Below, one piece after another: positions 54,649 through 64,000 of a stretch of DNA of 64,000 bases (position 1 is the first letter of the stretch; the number at the start of each line of letters is the position of its first letter). The position numbers and the translations under genes were made by a program. The stretch lies in IMG/VR virus record IMGVR_UViG_3300047558_000137, positions 186,001 to 250,000 of that record. One strand, written 5' to 3'. The notes under the pieces are model-generated. The model was not told the origin of the DNA and searched no databases. It was given only the letters and a program-made list of their open reading frames with translations.

Positions 54649-56505
54649 TTACTTATTCTGGGATAAGTAGGTGCTTAATGGTATATTTTGCGCCTTTGCT
54701 TGGAAGATTGCATTGGCCGGTTGTGGATCATTGTTGGCTATAATTCCAACTGACATTAGCAATTCTGTGTTGAGTTTCTCTGCCACCGCAGCTCTAATTG
54801 TGTCGCCATAGCTGTCATTGGTTATTAGATTTGCAAAAAATTGTTTAGAATAAAACTGACTATCGTCTGATACTGCCGAGACGATACCTTGTGCAAATGA
54901 TTTTGTATAAGAGCTATCCGTAGTCATAAACTTAACTGAGTGAGCAGACAAATTACTAACTTCAGTGGACAACTTGTTTAACATTATGTAATATAGATCT
55001 TGTGCCAATATTCTTTGCGGAGTCGTAGATGAATCGTCTAATAAAGACACTAGGGAAGATACCGCAGAATTTATAGCAGAGAACGAAGGGATGTATTCTG
55101 GTACTTCTGGGACCGGTGGATCAACACTACCGGGCGAATATGGGACATAACTGGCTAGCCAAGAAAGAACAGCTGACTTCAATGTTGTTAGTGAAGCGGC
55201 CACAGTTGCCCCAAAAGTGTCAGATACTTTATTAGTTTGTTTATATGATTCAGTATAACCTGAGCCTGTGGTTGCCCCTAAGAAGTCACTTAGTACCAGA
55301 TTGTTCATTGGTCCTGTGCCAGTCCCCAATGCTGTTATAGACGACACAGTTGACGATGATAATATAGAGTCGGTTGATTTTGTTGTAGTATGAGATAGGT
55401 CAGGAACTACAATTTTGTTCATAAACGTGGCGATCTCAGCCCATGATGTAAAATTAGCATGACCTATTTTACTCTGAATAAATCTTCCAAACTCTTTAAA
55501 AGATTTTACATTAACTGTTGCCCATTGATCAATTAAATTAGGAGGCACAACCTTGTAAAAATCCAAGAAATCGTCTAGGCTAGTTATCTTATTAACAGTA
55601 GAAGCAGAAAAGCCAGTAGTCGATATCATTGTCGACAAATCAGATCCTTGCACTTGCTTGTAAATGTTCCTAATTACATCTACACTGCCGCCAGTAACAA
55701 TTGTAGTTGTTACAGTCTGTTTAATCGAAGATAATGGAATTTCGCCGTACGGCGATGTTGTTAGCTCTGTGCTTAGATCTTCAGTTGTAGTTGTTGATGA
55801 ACTAGGAATGTGAGTTATATCTGTTACATCAAGACCTGTGGCTGCTAGATTAACAGTTAGATTCCCGTACTTACCAAGACCCTGGTTTAATAAATTTTGT
55901 CCAAATACATAAGGATCATCTAATAGGTTTAGATTTGTAATATCATACATGGTTCCCCACGTAGATACTGTACTTGCAATTAGACTTCCGTAACTGCTTA
56001 ATCCGTGCGTTGCTAAATCATTTAAACCAGTGTGGCCCACACCCGTGTCAGCATAGGTTTGATTTTTAAGAATCTGTACAGATGCTACGGGGTCAAAGGT
56101 ACTGCTTATTTCTCCAAAGACTTGTGTATATACATTGGCAAATCCTGCCATACCATAACTAAAAGGTATGTTAATTTGTGTAGAAACAGTATTACTAACG
56201 CTAGCCACATTAGAGTTGCCATGATAAGATACTGTTCCACTAGATACTGGAGTTATATTACTTGGGTAAATGTCTAATAGATAATGACCATCGGTAATTG
56301 CCATTAACTTACTCGACACCGAATTATATAACAATTCCTGTGCATGACTAGGTGCATCACCAATTAAAGAAAATATATTTGCTGTTAGGACGTAAGTTGA
56401 CGTAGAGTGGAACTTGGTTATTTCTGATGTAACTGTAGTGTTTGCGGCTAACCCATGGCCAGTTAATACCGTGCTAATTGCATTTAATTCAATTGCACTT
56501 GCCAT
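54649..56505 (-). CDS. Putative virion structural protein
   Basis: 618 aa Ser/Thr-rich protein next to the PAAR gene. Confidence 0.6.
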   Translation of the reverse strand: MASAIELNAISTVLTGHGLAANTTVTSEITKFHSTSTYVLTANIFSLIGDAPSHAQELLYNSVSSKLMAITDGHYLLDIYPSNITPVSSGTVSYHGNSNVASVSNTVSTQINIPFSYGMAGFANVYTQVFGEISSTFDPVASVQILKNQTYADTGVGHTGLNDLATHGLSSYGSLIASTVSTWGTMYDITNLNLLDDPYVFGQNLLNQGLGKYGNLTVNLAATGLDVTDITHIPSSSTTTTEDLSTELTTSPYGEIPLSSIKQTVTTTIVTGGSVDVIRNIYKQVQGSDLSTMISTTGFSASTVNKITSLDDFLDFYKVVPPNLIDQWATVNVKSFKEFGRFIQSKIGHANFTSWAEIATFMNKIVVPDLSHTTTKSTDSILSSSTVSSITALGTGTGPMNNLVLSDFLGATTGSGYTESYKQTNKVSDTFGATVAASLTTLKSAVLSWLASYVPYSPGSVDPPVPEVPEYIPSFSAINSAVSSLVSLLDDSSTTPQRILAQDLYYIMLNKLSTEVSNLSAHSVKFMTTDSSYTKSFAQGIVSAVSDDSQFYSKQFFANLITNDSYGDTIRAAVAEKLNTELLMSVGIIANNDPQPANAIFQAKAQNIPLSTYLSQNK

Positions 56506-56506
56506 A

Positions 56507-56839
56507 TTATTTCCCTATTGTAACTGTGGTTGCAGCGATAGTTACCTTATGTTGCATACACGAACACATAGTTCCAAGACGTGCAGCCGGTTTTCCTTCG
56601 ATCCACACTGTGGTACTGCTACCTATAGGAGTAAGCACTGCTATATCGCACTCAACATTGAATCCTGGCATTTTAGGATTAACAGGATTCCCATGTGGTG
56701 TTGTTAAATCGCCAACACGGGCAGCAGGCGATCCTTCGATCATTACTGTAGTTGCACCAATCTCCACCATACCCGGCCCAAGTGGCGGTAGGGGAAATCC
56801 TGTGATAGAGGCCGGAATAGCAACTTTAGCAGCAAACAT
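56507..56839 (-). CDS. PAAR spike-tip protein (gp5.4-like)
   Basis: TVMIEGSPAARVGD..H..TVWIEGKPAARLG..C.C.H. Confidence 0.88.
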   Translation of the reverse strand: MFAAKVAIPASITGFPLPPLGPGMVEIGATTVMIEGSPAARVGDLTTPHGNPVNPKMPGFNVECDIAVLTPIGSSTTVWIEGKPAARLGTMCSCMQHKVTIAATTVTIGK

Positions 56840-57148
56840 TTACTTAATTAATCCTGAACTAACTGTCTCTATGCCTGTTGTGGTCTTGATATAGTGATTT
56901 TCTATATCTTTGATCACTGGGCTGTGCATGATTACATGCGCCTTTGATAGAGTTATGTTAGTATTTATGTCACCAGAAATTAGGCTCTGCATGAGACCAA
57001 TACCCTGCTGACTAGGAATAATTGTGCAGGGCTTGCTTACTACATAAGCATCTGCTTTTTCTTCTACTAACTTAGCAACAACTTCGTCGCCGTTACTGAT
57101 TTTGAAACACACAACGTCACCGACGCTGTAACCTTTTGAAATTAACAT
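56840..57148 (-). CDS. Conserved T4-like small protein (Sm-like)
   Basis: GDVVCFKISNGDEVVAK..Y...TTGI. Confidence 0.65.
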   Translation of the reverse strand: MLISKGYSVGDVVCFKISNGDEVVAKLVEEKADAYVVSKPCTIIPSQQGIGLMQSLISGDINTNITLSKAHVIMHSPVIKDIENHYIKTTTGIETVSSGLIK

Positions 57149-57149
57149 A

Positions 57150-57392
57150 TTAACCTTTTAATGTTGTCCAGAAATCGTCACCTTTGCCTGCTAGGCCTTG
57201 GTAACCACCTTGAATTAATGCTGTACCGTTGAAAATTTGTGGTACACTGCGTAAGCCCATATCTAATAGATGTTGACGTGCGTCTTGATCTTCCTCGATG
57301 CTTACTGTTTTGTATTCTACGCCCTTGCTTTCCAATAGTGCTTTTGCACGATCACAGAAAGGGCAGTTGCTTTTTGAATATACTGTTAACAT
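57150..57392 (-). CDS. Glutaredoxin
   Basis: CPFC..RSVPQIF..GGY. Confidence 0.92.
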   Translation of the reverse strand: MLTVYSKSNCPFCDRAKALLESKGVEYKTVSIEEDQDARQHLLDMGLRSVPQIFNGTALIQGGYQGLAGKGDDFWTTLKG

Positions 57393-57418
57393 TCTATCTC
57401 CTTAACTTATTATATATC

Positions 57419-58546
57419 TTAGAGACTAAAGCCTTTAAAAGTATTGCTATCAACGTCTTGCTTTGTGCCGCCTACTACATAGGTTGTGATTTCAGTTTCC
57501 TGTGGAGCAACTTGCACTTCGCTACCTGCGATCCACTTGGCTGTCCATGGTAATGGATTACTGCCGTTCTTATAGCCGCAATCTAAACCTACTGCGGTCA
57601 TACGCTTGCAGGTTAGCCAATCAACATAGTCACTTAGTAACTGTGTGTTTAGGCCAATCATTGACCCGTCCTTAAACAGATACTTGGCCCATTCTTTTTC
57701 TTGATTGGCTGCACTTAGAAACATTTCTTCACATTCAGCTCGAGTCTCTTCTTTAATTTTTGCAAAGTCTGCATCATCCTGTGGTAACAGTTTGATAAGA
57801 GTTTGTGTGCTACCCAAGTGGACGTTTTCGTCACGGCAAATCAGTTTAATGATCTTAGCATTACCTTCCATCTTCTTGAGCTCTGCAAAAGCCCAAGAGC
57901 AGGCAAACGACACATAAAAACGAATTCCTTCTAGTGCGTTTACGCTGTTAATAGCTAGCCATAGTTTCTTCTTGAGTTCATATTCGTCAATGGTAATTTG
58001 TTCTCCATTGACCACGTGATTGCCTGCACCTAATAGGCGGTGGTAGGTGCCGTATTCAATTACATCATCATAATAGCGACTGATATCCTTGGCGCAGTTA
58101 GCAATTTCTTCAATTTCTAATAGCTCATCAAAGATTCTACCAGGGTCGCTATAGACGTTACGAATAATATGGGTATAACTACGTGAGTGGATTGTTTCAT
58201 TGAATGCCCAAGTCTGGATCCATGTCTCAAGTTCAGGCAAACTGCATAAAGGTAGAAAAGCAAGGTTGGGACTACGACCTTGAACGCTGTCCAAAAGAAT
58301 TTGTCGCTTAAGATTACTTGTAAAAATGTGTTGCTCAAAGTCAGTTAACTCCTTAAAGTCTTTTGCATCACGCATAACATCAACTTCTTCAGGTCTCCAG
58401 AAAAAGCCAAGTTGTTTATCAGTTAACTTGTCAAATTGTCTGTACTTAACAGTTTCGTAACGCTGTACTGCGGTTGGCCCACTTGCATCTAAGAAGGCTA
58501 ATTTTTCTGTATGTTTTTTTGTGTCGTTAATATTAAATACGCTCAT
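57419..58546 (-). CDS. nrdB: Ribonucleotide reductase class Ia beta subunit
   Basis: FFWRPEEVD, QILLDSVQGR, ETIHSRSYTH, LEGIRFYVSF, RDENVH, QVAPQE. Confidence 0.97.
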   Translation of the reverse strand: MSVFNINDTKKHTEKLAFLDASGPTAVQRYETVKYRQFDKLTDKQLGFFWRPEEVDVMRDAKDFKELTDFEQHIFTSNLKRQILLDSVQGRSPNLAFLPLCSLPELETWIQTWAFNETIHSRSYTHIIRNVYSDPGRIFDELLEIEEIANCAKDISRYYDDVIEYGTYHRLLGAGNHVVNGEQITIDEYELKKKLWLAINSVNALEGIRFYVSFACSWAFAELKKMEGNAKIIKLICRDENVHLGSTQTLIKLLPQDDADFAKIKEETRAECEEMFLSAANQEKEWAKYLFKDGSMIGLNTQLLSDYVDWLTCKRMTAVGLDCGYKNGSNPLPWTAKWIAGSEVQVAPQETEITTYVVGGTKQDVDSNTFKGFSL

Positions 58547-59339
58547 TTTTTGTTCCTTGTATATACTCATACAATTCATCTGCAATAATTTGATGTGCTG
58601 CTACTGTAGGATGGGCAGTTGCACAATCTAACATTGATTGATTTTGTAATTCCCTAATAGATTTATTTGAAAACTGTCGTGTCTGGTCAAGTAAGTTTAA
58701 CCAAGGCACCGACGACTGGCTTACGTCGATATTATTACGTCTACATAAAAGACTTAATAAGTCATTGTTCTTTTCTCTAACACGATAAAAATGTTGGTCA
58801 GGTATGTTAACAGATAAATCAAGATCTTGAAAACTGTTGGCAAACAAATGTTCTATATTATTGTTAGATAGATAGTTACTTATCAACAAAACATCTTGAC
58901 CTAGTTTTTGCAATTCGTATTCTTCATTGAAGTATCTTGAAAAGTAATCTTTAACTTCTGCTTCAAGGCCTTGATTAGTATAGTAGCCACCAGCTAAACA
59001 CGATTCTACCTGTCTAGTGGTGCTACTGTACATTTCCCATCTATAAAGGCTAGTTATTCCCCACAAGACGAATATTCTGCTGTATTTTGAACGACTTTGG
59101 TCTATAAAATCGACCAATCTACGTGCCTGTGTCTTATTGTTAGAACCGTGCTGTGCCACAAATACTAGATCGTCTAGTTGTAGGCGTCTACGTAGAATGC
59201 CAGCAAAACTATGCTGGTCTACGTAGGAAGGATCTTCGACGTGACCATAGTCAACGTTGGTAGCGGCTGGATCAGTATCAATTGATTTTGCCGCTACCCA
59301 TGAACATCCTGCTGCAACTAGTACACTAGGCTTTGTCAT
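58533..59339 (-). CDS. SGNH-like hypothetical protein inserted between nrdA and nrdB
   Basis: AGCSW..GSNN..HPTVAAHQIIADEL. Confidence 0.6.
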   Translation of the reverse strand: MTKPSVLVAAGCSWVAAKSIDTDPAATNVDYGHVEDPSYVDQHSFAGILRRRLQLDDLVFVAQHGSNNKTQARRLVDFIDQSRSKYSRIFVLWGITSLYRWEMYSSTTRQVESCLAGGYYTNQGLEAEVKDYFSRYFNEEYELQKLGQDVLLISNYLSNNNIEHLFANSFQDLDLSVNIPDQHFYRVREKNNDLLSLLCRRNNIDVSQSSVPWLNLLDQTRQFSNKSIRELQNQSMLDCATAHPTVAAHQIIADELYEYIQGTKNERI

Positions 59340-61639
59340 ATTACGCAGCTATCACAATCCTCTTGCTCTTGAAGCACTTCCTCTGGCTGGTCAGCTTTTG
59401 TTGATAATTTATCAACATCAATTTCACCTTGGCCATCGTTAGTATTGAAATAATAAAGTTGTTTTGTTCCGTACTTGTAGCACATGATCAGGTGCTTGAG
59501 CATCTCACTCATTGGAATCTTTTCATCCTCGTAGAACGCTGGATTGTACGAGGTGTTGACACTAATGCCTTGATCAATATATTTCTGTAATACTGCACAA
59601 AGTTTTAGGTAACCCTCGGGGCTACGCTGATCCCATAACAATTCGTATTTGTTCTTTAACTTGCGATACTCAGGTACAACCTGTTTTAATACACCATGTT
59701 TGCTTTGCTTCACACTAACATAACTACGTGGAGCTTCAATACCGTTGGTGGCGTTGGAGATCTGAGCACTTGTTTCTGCTGGCATTAACGCCATTAGTGT
59801 GGCATTGCGAATGCCTGTAGTTAGAATCTGTTCACGTAGAGCACGCCATGGCATACGCTCTTGATGTTCAACTAATTCATCAACTTCTTTCTTACGTGTG
59901 TCAATTGGTAGTATACCATCGGCATACTTTAGTTCTTGCCACTTAGTGCATGGACCTTGTTCTTTAGCTAGATCTGCACTTGCTTTAATTAAGTAGTATG
60001 ACCATGCTTCTGCATATTCATCAACTAATGCCAATGCAGCTGGATCGCTGTAGCTAACACCATGCTTGGCCAAGAAGTAAGCAAAGTTAATAATACCATT
60101 GCCAATCGGGCGGAATTCTTTTGTAGCGAGTTCCGCTGCCTTAACTGGATAGTTCTGATAGCTTAACAATGCATCTAGTCCACGAACTGCTAGAGTACAC
60201 ATACGTTCAAAGTCTTTAGGCTCCTTAACGTTGCCCCAGTTCTGTGCAGAAAGTGTACACAATGCAATACGACCTTCTTCGTCGTTAACATCGTTTAATG
60301 GCTTAGTCGGTAAGTCAATTTCTGTACAGAGATTACTCATCTTAATGGGATGTATATCTTCCTTAAACGGCGAATGAGTGTTGGCGTGGTCAACGTTCAT
60401 TAGGTAAATGCGTCCTGTGTCTTTACGCTCTTGCATAAACTTAGTAAACAGTTCTGCTGCCTTGAAAGTCTTCTTACGCAACTTTGTATTACGTTCAGCC
60501 TTTTCGTATAACTCTTTAAATCGGTCTTGATCGTTAAAGAATGCTTCGTACATTTCAGGAACATCGTGTGGTGAGAACAAAGTAATGTCGCCGCCTTGAA
60601 TTAAGCGTTCATACATTAGCTTGTTAAACTGCACACCGTAGTCCATCTGACGTACACGGTTTTCTTCTGTGCCTTTGTTGTTTTTTAATACTAGTAGGTC
60701 TTCAACTTCTAAGTGCCAAATTGGATAATAGATAGTGGCAGCACCATTACGCACACCACCTTGACTGCAACTACGTGTTGCTGCCTGGAATAATTTTAAG
60801 AAAGGTGTTACTCCTGTGTGGTACGCATCGCCGTTGCGGATGGGCGAACCCAACGCTCGAATACGCCCTGCTCCGATACCGATTCCGGCCTTTTGGCTAA
60901 CGTACTTGACAATACTGCTGGCAGTAGCGTTAATGGAATCAAGACTATCATCAGACTCAATAAGAACGCACGAGCTGAATTGTTTTTGCGGTGTTCGTAC
61001 ACCAGCCATGACAGGAGTAGGTAAAGAGATATCAAAGTTAGAGATAGCATCATAGTAGTCCTTGGCCCATTGTAGGCGTGTTTCTTTTGGATAGGCCATA
61101 AACAATGTAGCCGCAATCATCATGTAGGCTACCTGTGGCGTTTCGTAGATTTCACTGGTTACACGATTTTGTACAAGGTACTTGCCACGCCATTGTTCCA
61201 TGGCAACATAGGTAAATGTCTCATCACGGTCATGTTTGATATAATTGCCTAGTGTGTTAATTTCTTCTTCTGAATAATTTTCTAGTAGTTCTTTTGTATA
61301 GTAACCGATGTCAATATTACGTTTAACTAGATCTAACAATGGCCATGGTTTGTAACCACCGTAGACTTGTTTATAGATATGATATGTTAGCAAACGACCA
61401 GCAACGTATTGATAGTTCGGTGCGTCTTCGCTAATTAAATCTGCTGCACTTTTAATTAGGGTTTCTTGAATGTCTGTGCTTTTAATGCCGTTGTAAAATT
61501 GTACATGGCTGTTGATTTCCACTTCGCTAGCACTAACTCCAGTAATTCCTTGTGTTGCCCAAAACACAACCTTGTGTAATTTTTCTAGATTTAGCGGCTC
61601 TTTACGTCCGTCTCTTTTTGTGACTAATATTTGACTCAT
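59336..61639 (-). CDS. nrdA: Ribonucleotide reductase class Ia alpha subunit
   Basis: ATP cone VTKRDGRKE, QFSSCVL, SNLCTEI, ALCTL, KQLYY, terminal CDSC. Confidence 0.97.
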   Translation of the reverse strand: MSQILVTKRDGRKEPLNLEKLHKVVFWATQGITGVSASEVEINSHVQFYNGIKSTDIQETLIKSAADLISEDAPNYQYVAGRLLTYHIYKQVYGGYKPWPLLDLVKRNIDIGYYTKELLENYSEEEINTLGNYIKHDRDETFTYVAMEQWRGKYLVQNRVTSEIYETPQVAYMMIAATLFMAYPKETRLQWAKDYYDAISNFDISLPTPVMAGVRTPQKQFSSCVLIESDDSLDSINATASSIVKYVSQKAGIGIGAGRIRALGSPIRNGDAYHTGVTPFLKLFQAATRSCSQGGVRNGAATIYYPIWHLEVEDLLVLKNNKGTEENRVRQMDYGVQFNKLMYERLIQGGDITLFSPHDVPEMYEAFFNDQDRFKELYEKAERNTKLRKKTFKAAELFTKFMQERKDTGRIYLMNVDHANTHSPFKEDIHPIKMSNLCTEIDLPTKPLNDVNDEEGRIALCTLSAQNWGNVKEPKDFERMCTLAVRGLDALLSYQNYPVKAAELATKEFRPIGNGIINFAYFLAKHGVSYSDPAALALVDEYAEAWSYYLIKASADLAKEQGPCTKWQELKYADGILPIDTRKKEVDELVEHQERMPWRALREQILTTGIRNATLMALMPAETSAQISNATNGIEAPRSYVSVKQSKHGVLKQVVPEYRKLKNKYELLWDQRSPEGYLKLCAVLQKYIDQGISVNTSYNPAFYEDEKIPMSEMLKHLIMCYKYGTKQLYYFNTNDGQGEIDVDKLSTKADQPEEVLQEQEDCDSCVI

Positions 61640-61652
61640 TGATTCCTCTTGC

Positions 61653-62099
61653 TTAATTTTCTATTTGTAATTTGTCTGCGGATAACACTTGATTTAGCTT
61701 TAATGTTTTATCGAAGTGTTCTTTATTTACAACCTGACCATCAATCAAATTAAGAACATATTTCCCTTGATTAAACCAAGCTAAATTATACGCATACCTA
61801 GTTTTGGGGTCGGTATACGTTCTAAACTCTACTTCTAAATTGTTTCTATGCGTAGTTAATGATATAGTATATATTATTCCTAGGCATTTTGCAATGTCGC
61901 AGTAGTAATTTTCTTCAATTAACTGCCAAGGGCTTGGCCAATTTTCAGGATCTTTTGGGTCTAGATAATAAGGGCTAAAGGGAGCCCGGGACCATAACTC
62001 AGCGGTTTGGTCCAAGGCTTGCTCTATAGGTAAAGAATCTAACGAAAGTCGAAAATCACGCCAAGACCTCAATCGGTCTTCGGCTGGTAGTTTGAACAT
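61653..62099 (-). CDS. Conserved hypothetical phage protein
   Basis: RLRSWRDFR..WSRAP..WPSPWQLI. Confidence 0.7.
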   Translation of the reverse strand: MFKLPAEDRLRSWRDFRLSLDSLPIEQALDQTAELWSRAPFSPYYLDPKDPENWPSPWQLIEENYYCDIAKCLGIIYTISLTTHRNNLEVEFRTYTDPKTRYAYNLAWFNQGKYVLNLIDGQVVNKEHFDKTLKLNQVLSADKLQIEN

Positions 62100-62102
62100 T
62101 TA

Positions 62103-63440
62103 TTATACGAATTGTTTAATACTGTATTTAAAGGTTTGGCTAGCAGTGGCAGCACAAATTACGCTACCATTGCCATGTATCCATAAGTTAGCATTTAATG
62201 TTGTACCAGATTCGGTATACTCGTCATCAAACACTACTTCGGATCCAGTGTTGTTGAATTTTAATACGCCATATCTGTAGTTGTTACTTGAATCATTGAT
62301 CTGATAATCAATTGCGCCTGCACCTGTAGCTACAGATGTAATAGTATTGCTACCAGTAGATAGACTTGCTTGACGTCCTGTACCAACTTTTAAGGCACCA
62401 CTATAGATACCTGTGCGGTCACCTGATCCAAATGTGTCGCCAAAACTATAAACATTGCCCGACATTGAAGACACTGGTGTTGCTACTGTGCTACTAAAAT
62501 AGTTGTTTAGACTAACAAGGCCGGAAATAAACGTTCCCGGTTGTATACCATAAGAAGTTAAACTTGTAAATTCACAATTTACTACTCTAACAGTATCAGC
62601 ATATCCTGTTGCACCAATGCCCACCAATCCACCGTCAAAAGTACAATTTCTAAAAGTAGTCGATTGTGCTGTATTCACTGAAGAAGAAAAACGTACAACT
62701 TGAAGTGTAGTTGCCGCACCACAAAACTGAACGTTTTCAAAAACAGAGTCATTGGTACTATCAAGTACAACAACTGGACTTGTGCCACTAGTTACTTCAA
62801 ACTTTATTCCAGACACAAATATATGTGTAGGCATAGCTGCACTATTTGTTCCAAAATAGGCACCAACTTGATATAAGCTATCAGTTGGCTGAATGATTGT
62901 TGTTGATGTACTTTGAATTATTGTATTTTCTTTACCATCGCCTACTAAAACACAATATGGCGGAATTAACAGTTCGCTTGATACTATATAAGTTCCAGCT
63001 GGAAAATATATTGGTCTACGAACATTAGGATGTGTGGTTAGAACAGAAGAAACGTAGATTTGTTGTATGGCACGATTAATCGCATCAGTATCATCTGTTG
63101 TGCCATCACCTGCGGCACCAAAATCTTTTACAGAAACGTGTTCATCTAATACGCTTTGAATACTGCGTGTAATTGGTGACAAACTTGTAGCACCTGTTTG
63201 GCTGGTATAGCCAGCATCTGTGCCTTTGAATGTGTAACTGAACAAGAAACCCAGAAAGTCACTGTACTCAGTTAAAATTTCTGTTACACCTTCTGTAGGT
63301 GCGCCTTCTGTTAGTGTGCCATTACCAATAAACAAACGGCGTTGGTCAACACTCCAGCCTAATTCAGCACTTGCCAATTGTGGCAAATCTTGCTGTAGAC
63401 CGCGGCGGTGCTGAATTTTTGAGATTTGTACGATTGCCAC
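62103..63440 (-). CDS. Virion protein with an Mtd-N-like start and a pectate-lyase-3 beta-helix
   Basis: IQHRRG..LASAELGW..LFIGNG; SVKDFGAAGDGTTDDTDAINRAI..YFPAGTY. Confidence 0.8.
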   Translation of the reverse strand: MAIVQISKIQHRRGLQQDLPQLASAELGWSVDQRRLFIGNGTLTEGAPTEGVTEILTEYSDFLGFLFSYTFKGTDAGYTSQTGATSLSPITRSIQSVLDEHVSVKDFGAAGDGTTDDTDAINRAIQQIYVSSVLTTHPNVRRPIYFPAGTYIVSSELLIPPYCVLVGDGKENTIIQSTSTTIIQPTDSLYQVGAYFGTNSAAMPTHIFVSGIKFEVTSGTSPVVVLDSTNDSVFENVQFCGAATTLQVVRFSSSVNTAQSTTFRNCTFDGGLVGIGATGYADTVRVVNCEFTSLTSYGIQPGTFISGLVSLNNYFSSTVATPVSSMSGNVYSFGDTFGSGDRTGIYSGALKVGTGRQASLSTGSNTITSVATGAGAIDYQINDSSNNYRYGVLKFNNTGSEVVFDDEYTESGTTLNANLWIHGNGSVICAATASQTFKYSIKQFV

Positions 63441-63539
63441 TTTATTTCTCCAATTTGTTACTATATTTATCGATCCAAACCCGCTTGCCTTCCTCCATTA
63501 CCCAGCTTTTACTTATATACTTATTTGAACTTTAGCCAT

Positions 63540-64000
63540 TTAGCTAGTCAGGTAGTATAGCTCTACTCGCTTAGTCCACTCGTCTGTCCAGTGATCAAAT
63601 TCGTCACCTGAGACTTCAAATTCCAGGTATTTTGGCGTCTCAAGGGTACCATCTTCTAGGGTTTTGGGCTGTACAGCCATCAAAATTACACCGTCACGTA
63701 TATTGGTACCATAAGTGTGATTATGTGCCTGTGCATAGGCAGCTAATTGTAAAAAGTAATCAGTGATATATTCACGCTTCTTAATCTTGTTACTTTGCTT
63801 GAAGTCTAGGATAGCAGGACGACCTTTCCATACACCAATACAGTCTGTGGTGCCAGCATATAACCCACTATAATATAATGGTACTTCACTGCCCCAGAAT
63901 TCTGTCACGTGACTTAGTCCATGTAGAATAACTTCTGCTGCCATAAACCAACTTGGATGTGCATAGGGATTAGGTGGCAAGGGTTTCATATCCTCTTGCA
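63540..64000 (-). CDS. PD-(D/E)xK exonuclease, partial (5' end outside the window)
   Basis: SEVPL..YAGTTDC..ILDFKQS..YFLQLAAYA. Confidence 0.85.
   Translation of the reverse strand, partial: QEDMKPLPPNPYAHPSWFMAAEVILHGLSHVTEFWGSEVPLYYSGLYAGTTDCIGVWKGRPAILDFKQSNKIKKREYITDYFLQLAAYAQAHNHTYGTNIRDGVILMAVQPKTLEDGTLETPKYLEFEVSGDEFDHWTDEWTKRVELYYLTS

Noticed and set aside
57419-61639. Intron or intein in nrdA/nrdB
   Set aside because: Both ORFs have ordinary class Ia length and are continuous.
1105-62280. Numerous short plus-strand and nested ORFs in the six-frame track (e.g. 1105-1464, 31329-31781, 56478-56894)
   Set aside because: They are antisense or out-of-frame shadows of well-supported genes and have no RBS or motifs.
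63540-64000. Cas4/CRISPR adaptation gene
   Set aside because: It is a generic phage PD-(D/E)xK exonuclease with no visible Fe-S Cys cluster or CRISPR context.
1-64000. Stop-codon reassignment
   Set aside because: Conserved genes (nrdA, nrdB, guaC, clpP) are full length and coding density is high under the standard code.

Overview
This 64 kb window is an AT-rich, gene-dense segment of a large T4-like (jumbo-type) lytic phage genome. It uses the standard genetic code and is almost entirely minus-strand. Recognisable genes include nrdA/nrdB/glutaredoxin, guaC, uvsE, clpP, clpS, a small HSP, ribosomal protein S21, yhhQ, a secreted non-specific nuclease, an S11 PBP-type peptidase, a SleB-type wall hydrolase, a PAAR protein, fibre-like structural proteins, two radical SAM enzymes, 2OG/TauD oxygenases, an amidinotransferase and a UDP-sugar dehydrogenase. 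A partial Bug/TctC gene, a phasin-like gene and a DUF3563-like gene suggest a Burkholderiales-like host. Four observations stand out. (1) Two arrays (about 16.0-18.7 kb and 50.0-52.5 kb) of tiny genes are built around three conserved DNA blocks, including 12 exact copies of GGAGTTGAAGAATGA. These blocks punctuate an 'MNERI..KFAELIV..HFGVEE' paralog family and unrelated cargo ORFs, which suggests a repeat-mediated gene-cassette and segment-shuffling system. (2) A circularly permuted two-piece tmRNA carries alphaproteobacterial signatures. (3) About ten late promoters (TAAATA) are embedded in hairpins that would hide the RBS or start codon on read-through RNA. (4) Repeated early-promoter units carry two palindromic operator-like motifs. 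All protein calls come from motif recognition by eye, not from database searches.
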